Below, in pieces: positions 9,580-17,149 of a stretch of DNA of 64,000 bases. The DNA lies in NCBI GenBank assembly GCA_964460805.1, contig CAYWPU010000002.1, positions 18,663-82,662 of the forward strand, written 5' to 3'. The DNA comes from an uncultured Candidatus Saccharibacteria bacterium. Lineage in GTDB: Bacteria; Patescibacteriota; Minisyncoccia; Phycocordibacterales; JACOZG01. The notes beneath the pieces were generated by a model. The model saw only the letters and a list, made by a program, of their open reading frames with translations. It did no database searches and was not told the DNA's origin. The first letter of the stretch is position 1, and every line of letters starts with the position of its first letter. The translations under genes were made by a program, and so were the position numbers.

Positions 9580-10155
9580 ATGGCCGAAGATATTTTTTCC
9601 TACGTATTACTAATCGGGATTGTTAGTAGTGGTATATGGGGTATTTCTGTAAAAGTTCGAGAACTTTCTAGTTTTGTGAAAAAGAACGGATGGCGACCTA
9701 TTAGGAATAAGATTAAGCAATTTTTTATTAACATACTCCGGGTCACGGTTTATACCATTGTTGGGCTCGGATATTTGTTTGGCCTTGTTTTTATACCCAT
9801 TCGGTTTGAGTGGATTCTAGGCAATGAAGCACGCACAAATGTTTTTATGATCTGCTATCTCTTTTTAGGTTTTCTTGTTTTTTATTATATGAATGGAACA
9901 AAAAGAAGAGGCACGAAAAATCCTGTCGCTATTCTCTCAGAAGATTTCATTTCCTTTAAAAATGGTATAAAAGAATTTATACAAGGGTTGGATGTTTTAA
10001 TGACCGTACTTTTTGCTTTAGGAAGATGGCTACTCACTATTCTCGGAGTGATTACAATTACTGTCCTTGGAGTTTGGTTAATTGTGGCTCTGGGACCTCT
10101 TTGGATTATCGCCATTATACTTACTCTCATTCTGTTGGTACAGATAGGTCGATGA
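9580..10155 (+). CDS. Hypothetical polytopic membrane protein (191 aa) on a ~37 % GC islet
   Basis: At least four hydrophobic helices. AT-rich composition contrasts with ~55 % GC flanks. Lies immediately 3' of the tRNA-Glu. Confidence 0.7.
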   Translation: MAEDIFSYVLLIGIVSSGIWGISVKVRELSSFVKKNGWRPIRNKIKQFFINILRVTVYTIVGLGYLFGLVFIPIRFEWILGNEARTNVFMICYLFLGFLVFYYMNGTKRRGTKNPVAILSEDFISFKNGIKEFIQGLDVLMTVLFALGRWLLTILGVITITVLGVWLIVALGPLWIIAIILTLILLVQIGR

Positions 10156-10238
10156 ATGATCGTGTGGTCGTGCAGTTGGTGCAAATGGAAAATCAAAACA
10201 TCTAGTGTTCTTAGCCAAATTAGTCTAAACTAGCTCTA

Positions 10239-11594
10239 ATGTCTCGTCTCTGGCGGCAAGCGGTTCCGGCCTGGGTGGTGCTCATTTTGATCCTGCTCGC
10301 GGCAGGCGCTTTTCTCTATTACCGCCAGCCGCTCTATCGTTACGACCTGGTGGTGCCCAGCTTACCCGGCGAGGCGGAGGACTCTGGCTTGGTCTATGGC
10401 GCCAATCCGCAACTCTCTAATCAAGACTTCTTCCAGCGGGCGCGGCAGGCGTTTATCAGCCAGCAGGCGAGCTTTGTGGAGGCTGATCTCTCTGAGCTCA
10501 AATTGCGGGTCTATGAGGCGGGCGTGGTAGCTCTGGAAGTGCCGATCTTGGCCAAGGGGAGAGAAGGCTCTTGGTGGGAGACGCCGGCGGGCTTGTATAA
10601 GATAGAGACCAAAGCGCGCAATCACTTCTCTTCTTTTGGACAAGTTAACCAGCCGTGGAGCATGGCCTTCCAGGGCAATTTCTTCATCCATGGCTGGCCG
10701 GAGTATCCGGATGGCCGGCCAGTCTCCAGTCAGTTCTCCGGCGGCTGTATCCGGCTCTCCAACGAGGATGCCGCGCGGGTCTACCAGCTCGCCAGCATTG
10801 GCATGCCGGTTTTGGTCTTCAATTCTGTTTCAGTCTCTGACAACAGAGTATTTGCTATCCGGAAGCCGGAACTAAGCGCCACACACTACCTCGCGGCTGA
10901 CTTAGACAGCAATTTTGTTTTCCTGGCTCATCGTGAACGCGAACAAGTGCCGCTGGCTTCTATTACTAAATTAGTTACGGCTCTCGTTTCTGCCGAATAT
11001 ATCAATTTAGACGCGTCAGTTTTGGTCACCGAGCAAATGTTAACAGCTTCCACTTCTCGCCCGCGCTTGGTGCCGGGCCAGAGCCACACGGCCTACCAGT
11101 TGCTCTTCCCGCTCTTGCTGGAGAGCAGTAACGAGTCTGCTGAGGCGCTGGCGCGAGTGGCTGGCCGCGAGCGCTTTATCAAACTGATGAACGATAAGGC
11201 CAGAGCCATTGGCATGACAGACACGCGCTTTGCTGATCCCTCTGGTATCTCAGCCAGCAATATTTCTACTGCTGAAGATATTTTCACTCTCGCTAAATAT
11301 ATAGAGTCTAACCGGAGCTTTATCTTCAAGCTCACGGCGGGTGACCTCACCACTAGCGCCTACGGCGCGCCGAGCTTCCCTAATCTCCAGAATCTCAACG
11401 ACTTTGGCGCCGATCCGCGCTTCCTGGGAGGCAAGGTGGGCTTAGCCACGCTCGCGGGCGAGACGGCGGTTTATGTTTTTAGAGTAAATATCGCTGGCGA
11501 AGAGCGCCGCGTTGCGCTGGTCTTGCTGGGCGCAAGCGACCGAGTAAGCGACGCCAGATTGATGCTAGACTATATCACTACCCAGTTTCAGTAA
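10239..11594 (+). CDS. Fusion protein: L,D-transpeptidase (YkuD domain) plus D-alanyl-D-alanine carboxypeptidase (S11/PBP5-like)
   Basis: N-terminal TM helix. YkuD motif HGWPEYPDG...SGGCIRLSNEDA (His/Cys catalytic pair). C-terminal half carries SITK (SxxK), SSN (SxN) and a GKVG (KTG-like) motif. Confidence 0.8.
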   Translation: MSRLWRQAVPAWVVLILILLAAGAFLYYRQPLYRYDLVVPSLPGEAEDSGLVYGANPQLSNQDFFQRARQAFISQQASFVEADLSELKLRVYEAGVVALEVPILAKGREGSWWETPAGLYKIETKARNHFSSFGQVNQPWSMAFQGNFFIHGWPEYPDGRPVSSQFSGGCIRLSNEDAARVYQLASIGMPVLVFNSVSVSDNRVFAIRKPELSATHYLAADLDSNFVFLAHREREQVPLASITKLVTALVSAEYINLDASVLVTEQMLTASTSRPRLVPGQSHTAYQLLFPLLLESSNESAEALARVAGRERFIKLMNDKARAIGMTDTRFADPSGISASNISTAEDIFTLAKYIESNRSFIFKLTAGDLTTSAYGAPSFPNLQNLNDFGADPRFLGGKVGLATLAGETAVYVFRVNIAGEERRVALVLLGASDRVSDARLMLDYITTQFQ

Positions 11595-11631
11595 AACCTC
11601 AGTTTGTACATAAAGTAAAAAATAAAAACAA

Positions 11632-12600
11632 ATGCTAGTAGATGATATCCAGATCAGAGTAAGCGGTGGCAAGGGCGGCCGGGGAGCTGTCGCCTTTGAG
11701 CGCAATAAGCTCGCGCTCGGGCCCACTGGCGCGCGCGGCGGTAATGGCGGGAGCGTCTATATGGAAGGTGTTTCTGATATTGGCGCGTTGGCCCAGTTTA
11801 GGTTTGAGAAAGAGAAGCAAGCCGAGGACGGCGGCCCGGGCCAGAGGCAGTACCGCGATGGTGCCACAGGCAAAGATGTGACCCTGCAAGTGCCGGTGGG
11901 GACTGTCATCCACAATCTTACCACCGGCTTTGACCAGGAGATCACCAAGCTGGGGGAACGCGTGCTGGTGGCCAAGGGCGGCTTGGGTGGCCATGGCAAT
12001 TTCTACTTCCGCTCTTCTCGCAATACTTCGCCCGAGCAGTTCCAGCCTGGCTTGCCCGGTGAGGATTTCCAGCTCCGGCTGGAGCTCAAGCTCATCGCTG
12101 ATGTGGGCTTTGTGGGCCTGCCGAACGTGGGCAAATCTAGCTTATTAAACGAGCTGACTAATGCCAAGAGCAAAGTGGCTAACTACCAATTCACCACGCT
12201 TGAGCCGCACCTGGGCGCTTATTACGGCTTGATTCTGGCTGACTTGCCGGGCTTGATAGAAGGCGCGGCGGAGGGCCGGGGATTGGGGATCAAGTTCTTG
12301 CGTCATGTGGAGCGGACTAAGCATATTTTCCACTTTATTTCTGCAGAATCTCTTGACCCACTGACTGATTATAAAATAATCAGAACGGAATTAGAAAATT
12401 ATAATGCAGAATTATTAACTAAATCAGAGACAGTTTTCTTGACCAAAGCTGATCTAGTAACAGAGAAAGAGTTAGAGAAAAAAATAAAGTTATTAGCAAA
12501 GAATAAAATCGCTGTTCTGCCAATCTCTGTGCTGGACGACGAGAGCATCAAGCAAGTCAAGAAAATTCTAGATAAATTAGTAAAAGAGAAAACCGCTTGA
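11632..12600 (+). CDS. obg: GTPase Obg/CgtA
   Basis: Obg-fold N-terminal Gly-rich region (VSGGKGGRGAVAFE, GGNGGSV) and G-domain motifs GFVGLPNVGKSS and DLPGLIEGA. Confidence 0.9.
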   Translation: MLVDDIQIRVSGGKGGRGAVAFERNKLALGPTGARGGNGGSVYMEGVSDIGALAQFRFEKEKQAEDGGPGQRQYRDGATGKDVTLQVPVGTVIHNLTTGFDQEITKLGERVLVAKGGLGGHGNFYFRSSRNTSPEQFQPGLPGEDFQLRLELKLIADVGFVGLPNVGKSSLLNELTNAKSKVANYQFTTLEPHLGAYYGLILADLPGLIEGAAEGRGLGIKFLRHVERTKHIFHFISAESLDPLTDYKIIRTELENYNAELLTKSETVFLTKADLVTEKELEKKIKLLAKNKIAVLPISVLDDESIKQVKKILDKLVKEKTA

Positions 12601-12648
12601 CACGATTGTTATACTGGTAGAGAGGTAAAAAGAAGGGAGGTGATAGCC

Positions 12649-12696
12649 ATGAACATCGCATACGATTGCGATTGTGGCGGCGGTTGCGGCGGCTAA
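12649..12696 (+). CDS. Tiny ORF encoding the Cys/Gly-rich 15-aa peptide MNIAYDCDCGGGCGG
   Basis: Near-perfect SD AAGGGAGGTGA five nt before ATG; stop TAA; a perfect 14-bp terminator hairpin 20 nt downstream. No terminator separates it from obg. Confidence 0.4.
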   Translation: MNIAYDCDCGGGCGG

Positions 12697-12717
12697 GGCC
12701 CAGGCATCCGTTCCCCG

Positions 12718-12757
12718 GCCAACAGCGTTGCAATTGCAACGCTGTTGGCTTTATTTT
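12718..12757 (+). terminator. Rho-independent terminator
   Basis: gccaacagcgttgc-aatt-gcaacgctgttggc followed by TTTATTTT. Confidence 0.8.
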
Positions 12758-12801
12758 GACTTTTTCTTTGCTCTATAATTCATGATAGACTGAGGGAAAT
12801 T

Positions 12802-13851
12802 ATGACTATTTTGTATATCTTAATTGGTTTGATTGCTGGCGGGGGATTGGTTTGGCTCTTGCTCCAGAGCAAACAGCGCGCCACTGGGCCGGAAGATAAT
12901 CAAGGCTTCCTCCTCATGCAGAACCAGCTCAACGAACTAACGCGCGTCCTAGACAGCAAGCTTTCTGAATCAACCAAAACTCTACACGATTCTGTCCGGA
13001 CGCAATTTGGCGAGTCGCAGAAGTTGATTAGAGATATCACCAAAGAACTGACTCAAGTGCAGGAGACGGGCAAGCGCGTAGAGGGCTTTGCGGATCAGCT
13101 CCAGAGCCTGCAGGATATCTTGAAGAATCCTAAGCAGAGAGGCATCTTGGGCGAGTATTATCTGGAGACTTTGCTCAAGAACGTGCTGCCCACTGGCTCT
13201 TACCAGATGCAATACGCGTTTAAAGACAGCACGATTGTGGATGCTGTGGTCTTTGTGAAAGATAAAATCATCCCGATTGACTCTAAGTTCTCGCTAGAGA
13301 ATTATAATAGATTAGTGGAAGAGCGTGACAGCGTAGAGAGGGAGAGACTAGAAAAAACTTTCAAGACTGATCTCAAGAATCGGATAGACGAAACAGCTAA
13401 ATATGTGAAGCCGAGCGAGGGCACCATGGACTTTGCCTTCATGTTCATCCCGCACGAGGCGATCTATTATGATCTCTTGGTCTCGCAAGTAGGCGCGCTC
13501 AAGGTCAATACTCGTGATTTGATAGAATATGCGTTTAAAGAGAAGCACGTGATCATTGTCTCGCCCACGTCTTTTCTCGCTTATCTCCAGACAGTCCTGC
13601 AGGGCTTGAAGGCTTTGCAGATAGAGGAGTCGGCTAAATTAATCAGGGATAGAGTAGAGGATCTTGGCAAGCATATCGCCGCCTATGAGCAATACTTTAG
13701 CAAGTTGGGAGCAAGTCTCGGTACTACTGTCAGTCACTATAACTCAGCGTATAAAGAACTGAAAAAGATTGATAAAGACGTGGCACGGGTGACTGGCGCT
13801 AGCAGTCAGATGGAGCCGCTAGCGCTAGAGAGGCCGAGCCTGGACGATTAG
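12802..13851 (+). CDS. rmuC: DNA recombination protein RmuC
   Basis: N-terminal TM helix, long coiled coil and a C-terminal RmuC nuclease-like domain (DAVVFVKDKIIPIDSKF...); TATAAT and SD lie upstream. Confidence 0.85.
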   Translation: MTILYILIGLIAGGGLVWLLLQSKQRATGPEDNQGFLLMQNQLNELTRVLDSKLSESTKTLHDSVRTQFGESQKLIRDITKELTQVQETGKRVEGFADQLQSLQDILKNPKQRGILGEYYLETLLKNVLPTGSYQMQYAFKDSTIVDAVVFVKDKIIPIDSKFSLENYNRLVEERDSVERERLEKTFKTDLKNRIDETAKYVKPSEGTMDFAFMFIPHEAIYYDLLVSQVGALKVNTRDLIEYAFKEKHVIIVSPTSFLAYLQTVLQGLKALQIEESAKLIRDRVEDLGKHIAAYEQYFSKLGASLGTTVSHYNSAYKELKKIDKDVARVTGASSQMEPLALERPSLDD

Positions 13852-13869
13852 AAATTAGTAAAAAACCAG

Positions 13870-14184
13870 ATGAGCGATTTTACCAAAAGAGTGCATCAGG
13901 TGGTGAGGGCTATCAGGCCCGGTAAAGTGATGAACTATCGCCAGGTGGCCGAGGCAGCTGGCTCGCCGCGCGCGTGGCGAGCCGTGGGGCGCATTATGGC
14001 GCGCAATCACGATCCGCATATCCCGTGCCATCGCGTGGTGCGCTCGGATGGCCGCACCGGTGGCTATAATCGCGGTGGGGAACAGGTAAAAGCCAGCTTG
14101 CTGGCCCAAGAGCAGAAGACGGGTAAGAGTGTTAATTTGGGCAAACTGGAAACGCTCCAGCAGAGGCTATCTGGCGGGAATTAG
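13870..14184 (+). CDS. MGMT-family protein: stand-alone O6-alkylguanine-DNA alkyltransferase C-terminal (DNA-binding/active-site) domain
   Basis: The IPCHRVV (PCHR) active-site motif and the HTH of the Ogt C-terminal domain are present. Only 104 aa, so the N-terminal Ogt domain is missing. Confidence 0.75.
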   Translation: MSDFTKRVHQVVRAIRPGKVMNYRQVAEAAGSPRAWRAVGRIMARNHDPHIPCHRVVRSDGRTGGYNRGGEQVKASLLAQEQKTGKSVNLGKLETLQQRLSGGN

Positions 14185-14186
14185 CG

Positions 14187-15281
14187 CTACTTCAATAATT
14201 TCTCAGCCTGGCGCAGGGCGATCTGGCGTGGCAGGGCGCCAGTCTTCTTCAATTCTTTCAATAAGCTAGTTACGCTCGCGCTGATCTTCTCGTCCACCAG
14301 CTTGAACATTTTATCTGCTTTATAACCCTTGTGCTCGGCGTAAGATGAGATCACGCCGCCGGCATTGGCCACAATGTCGGGGATAATCAGGATATCTCGC
14401 GCGTGCAGTTGCGCTTCGTATTCCTCGCGCATCGGGATATTGGCGCCCTCCACAATAATCTTTGCTCGCACTTGCTTCACATTTTTCTCGTTTATCACAT
14501 CTGGCAAAGCCGCAGGGGTCAAGACGTCTACAGGTAGCGTGAAAATCTCTGCGTTAGTTAATTTTTTAGCAGAGCTATCTGGATAATTAATCATCGAGCC
14601 GCTCTGCTTCTTAATTTTCCAGGCTTGTTTATAGTCCAGGCCAGTTTGCAAGTAAACTGTGCCCTTAGAATCAGAAATAGCCACAATCTTTGCTCCCATT
14701 TCTTGCAAGAACTTGTGCGCGAACATGCCCACATTGCCGTAGCCCTCAATTGCTACGCTCGCGCTGTTTATGTTGATATTTTTAAACTTGAGTGCTAGCT
14801 CTGCCGCGCGCGCCACGCCGTAGCCGGTACTCCCCAGCTCGTGAGGCAGGCCGCCAAGCTTGCTGGGCTTGCCGGTGGCGGCTTTTCTATTGCCCGCGGC
14901 TTGCACAAATTGCGCCATCTCTAGCTCCGTCATGTTCACGTCCGGGCCGGCGATGTAATACTTGATGAGCAGTGGCTGGAGTTCGCGCGCAAACCACTCC
15001 ACGATCTCTTTCTTCTCTTGCTTGGTGTGTGCGCGAGGATCAAAATTGATGCCAGACTTGGCGCCGCCGAAAGGGATACGAGCCAGAGCGTTCTTGAGCG
15101 TCATGGCGCGGGCTAGGCGCGAGACCTCTTCCTCCGTCACACTCGGCGTCATCCGGATCCCGCCTTTACCCGGGCCAAGCTGGAGATTATCTATCACCAA
15201 GTAGCCCCAAGACTTGAACTTGTCATTATAGACTTTTACCACATACCGCGGGCCAATTTTGTCGCCAGTTAGCTGTGTCAT
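14187..15281 (-). CDS. Glu/Leu/Phe/Val (ELFV) family amino-acid dehydrogenase
   Basis: GGIRM, the PFGGAKSGI catalytic-Lys region and a GYGNVG Rossmann motif. Start trimmed to the internal ATG (MTQLTGDK...) about 80 codons below the track start. Confidence 0.85.
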   Translation of the reverse strand: MTQLTGDKIGPRYVVKVYNDKFKSWGYLVIDNLQLGPGKGGIRMTPSVTEEEVSRLARAMTLKNALARIPFGGAKSGINFDPRAHTKQEKKEIVEWFARELQPLLIKYYIAGPDVNMTELEMAQFVQAAGNRKAATGKPSKLGGLPHELGSTGYGVARAAELALKFKNININSASVAIEGYGNVGMFAHKFLQEMGAKIVAISDSKGTVYLQTGLDYKQAWKIKKQSGSMINYPDSSAKKLTNAEIFTLPVDVLTPAALPDVINEKNVKQVRAKIIVEGANIPMREEYEAQLHARDILIIPDIVANAGGVISSYAEHKGYKADKMFKLVDEKISASVTSLLKELKKTGALPRQIALRQAEKLLK

Positions 15282-15316
15282 CGTGGGACTATTATACTCT
15301 GTAATTAAATTTTGCA

Positions 15317-15359
15317 AAATAAAAAAGACCCTCTCCGAAATAAATCGGAATAAGGGTCT
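15317..15359 (-). terminator. Probable intrinsic terminator (interrupted stem plus T-run on the - strand) between the hypothetical gene and the dehydrogenase gene
   Basis: agaccc/gggtct plus an inner tccg/cgga stem, followed on the - strand by TCTTTTTTATTTT. Confidence 0.45.
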
Positions 15360-15378
15360 AGAGGGCCAGAGTGTGGCC

Positions 15379-15990
15379 TTAACTTGCATGACGGAGCGCC
15401 GGGTCGTTGCCGCGCCAGACGTCCCCAAGCCAGTGCCAGCGCAGGACCACCTCGCCGCCGCCCTCGCAGAGATACGGGACGTCGAGGCTGCCGAGGGGGA
15501 ACCGCACGAGACTCTTCCAGCCAAAGATGGCTTTGCCCTGGAAGTGTTGGCGGAAGAAGGCGATGCCTTTCTTCCGGATTTCTTCCAAGTCGCGCAACCC
15601 CAGGCAGGTCTTGAGCAGATCCTTATCTCTCAGATAAGCATAGATGGTCCGACCAGTGACACAACCGCCACCCTTCTTCTGATCTTCATGGAGCCATTGC
15701 TCCACTTGGCCGATGTGGTACTCGGAGGGCCCGGTATTCTTCAGCTCAGGGTGAACAACTGCGTATATCCGGCTCGGATACTTGGGACGAATCGAGCGGT
15801 CAACGCGAATGAGGGTGGCGGGAGTAGAATCAATCTTGGCCTGATCCAGCATTCTGGCAACAACACCAGAATCTAAAGCATGTTGGAAGGTGTCCTGATC
15901 CACCCCCTTGTCCTTCGCCATCTTCCGGACTTGGTCCAGCTGGCCCGAGGTCAGGGGTTTGTACTTCCGAGTTTCCGGCGTTTTCGTCAT
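15379..15990 (-). CDS. Hypothetical protein (203 aa) with unusually high GC
   Basis: AGGGAGAT SD 8 nt upstream of the ATG. Protein-like composition. About 65 % GC versus ~55 % flanks. No family recognised. Confidence 0.6.
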   Translation of the reverse strand: MTKTPETRKYKPLTSGQLDQVRKMAKDKGVDQDTFQHALDSGVVARMLDQAKIDSTPATLIRVDRSIRPKYPSRIYAVVHPELKNTGPSEYHIGQVEQWLHEDQKKGGGCVTGRTIYAYLRDKDLLKTCLGLRDLEEIRKKGIAFFRQHFQGKAIFGWKSLVRFPLGSLDVPYLCEGGGEVVLRWHWLGDVWRGNDPALRHAS

Positions 15991-16130
15991 CTGACTATCT
16001 CCCTATGTGGCTCACTCACCAGCTCCGGCAACGCGCTGGGACCAGTAGCGGGCGGTTAGATGTCAAACAGCTAGCAACCCCTATTATAGCAAATTAGCAA
16101 AACTTGTCAAGCGGGGGAGAGTCAGCTATC

Positions 16131-16160
16131 TTGCGTTTATTTAGCCTTTCTGCTACAATC
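16131..16160 (+). promoter_or_regulatory. Putative sigma70 promoter of rplU (TTGCGT-17nt-TACAAT)
   Basis: tcTTGCGTttatttagcctttctgcTACAATctctccactATG. Confidence 0.45.
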
Positions 16161-16168
16161 TCTCCACT

Positions 16169-16486
16169 ATGAAATTGGCAGTAATCAAGACGGGCGGCAA
16201 GCAGTACGTGGTCGCCGAGGGCGATAAGCTCAAGGTGGAGAAGTTGCCGGCTTCTGAGGCCAAGAACGGCGAGTTGGTTTTTAGCGAGGTTCTGCTCACC
16301 GACGACGGCAAGTCGGTCAAATTAGGCGCGCCGCTCGTCTCTGGCGCGAGCGTTACCGCCAAGCGCGTGGCCGACTCTCGTCACCCCAAGATCACCGTTG
16401 TTAAGTATAAGAACAAGACTCGCTACCGCGTGAAGCGGGGCCACAAACAGCCTTATACGGAGGTGGAGATCACAGCCATCAAATAA
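16169..16486 (+). CDS. rplU: 50S ribosomal protein L21
   Basis: MKLAVIKTGGKQYVVAEGDKLKVEKL... is a typical bL21. Confidence 0.95.
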   Translation: MKLAVIKTGGKQYVVAEGDKLKVEKLPASEAKNGELVFSEVLLTDDGKSVKLGAPLVSGASVTAKRVADSRHPKITVVKYKNKTRYRVKRGHKQPYTEVEITAIK

Positions 16487-16493
16487 CTCTTAA

Positions 16494-17126
16494 TTAAGTC
16501 GTCTCGCGATTCCGGAGCGCATTCTTGATCGTTTCCGTATCAGAATATTCTAGTTCCACGCCGGTAGAGAGGCCGCGGCCGAGCGTGGAGATTTTTATAT
16601 TATGTTGGTTAGTAATAGGCGAGAGGTATTTTTTTAGAAACTCAATCGTTGTGTCGCCTTCCTGATTCGCGGAAACAGCAATGATAATTTCTCTCAAGCT
16701 ATTATTCTGTTTGGTTTTTTCTTCTATCATTTTTAGCAATTCGCGCGCGCGGATGCTATTAGCCGGTTCTTTATCTAAGATCTTCACCAAGCCGCCAAGC
16801 ACAAAGAAGTAGCCATTATACTGCGCGCCTGATTTATTGATATTTTCCAGATCTATATCTTTTTCTACAAGCATTAATAATCCAGCATCGCGGCTATCGT
16901 CTGCGCAGATCTCGCAAGTCTTACTGCTGTTCTTGTTGAAGAATCTGAAGCAGGTCTGACACTGGCTCGTCTCGCGCTTGAGCTCAGTGATCTGGCGCAA
17001 GAGTTGGTCGGTAATGCTATTTGGCGCATGGAGGAGATAATAGACAAAGCGCTTGGCCTGCCGCGGTCCAATGCCCGGGAAGCGCATAAAGCTCTCAACT
17101 AATTTTTGGATCACAGCATCGCTCAT
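16494..17126 (-). CDS. recR: Recombination protein RecR
   Basis: HhH (FPGIGPRQAKR), C4 zinc finger (CQTC...CEIC), Toprim domain. Confidence 0.95.
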   Translation of the reverse strand: MSDAVIQKLVESFMRFPGIGPRQAKRFVYYLLHAPNSITDQLLRQITELKRETSQCQTCFRFFNKNSSKTCEICADDSRDAGLLMLVEKDIDLENINKSGAQYNGYFFVLGGLVKILDKEPANSIRARELLKMIEEKTKQNNSLREIIIAVSANQEGDTTIEFLKKYLSPITNQHNIKISTLGRGLSTGVELEYSDTETIKNALRNRETT

Positions 17127-17149
17127 CTTAAGTATTTAGGGTTTGAAAT

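Noticed and set aside
12649-12757. Interpreting the Cys/Gly micro-ORF plus terminator as a classical leader-peptide attenuator of rmuC
   Set aside because: I found no alternative antiterminator pairing that would sequester the 5' arm of the terminator. rmuC has its own -10 and SD downstream of the T-tract. The finding is kept as a micro-ORF of unknown role.
15282-15524. 80-codon N-terminal extension of the ELFV dehydrogenase ORF (MAGRVSCGSPSAAS...)
   Set aside because: It overlaps the upstream gene's 3' region and terminator and is Ser/Ala/Arg-rich junk. Conservation of ELFV family enzymes begins at the internal Met (MTQLTGDK...).
15259-15876. 205-aa + strand ORF antisense to the GC-rich hypothetical gene
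   Set aside because: It starts at a non-ATG codon, has no SD and gives an Ala/Gly/Pro-rich low-complexity translation typical of the opposite strand of a GC-rich gene. The - strand ORF 15379..15990 has an SD and a terminator.
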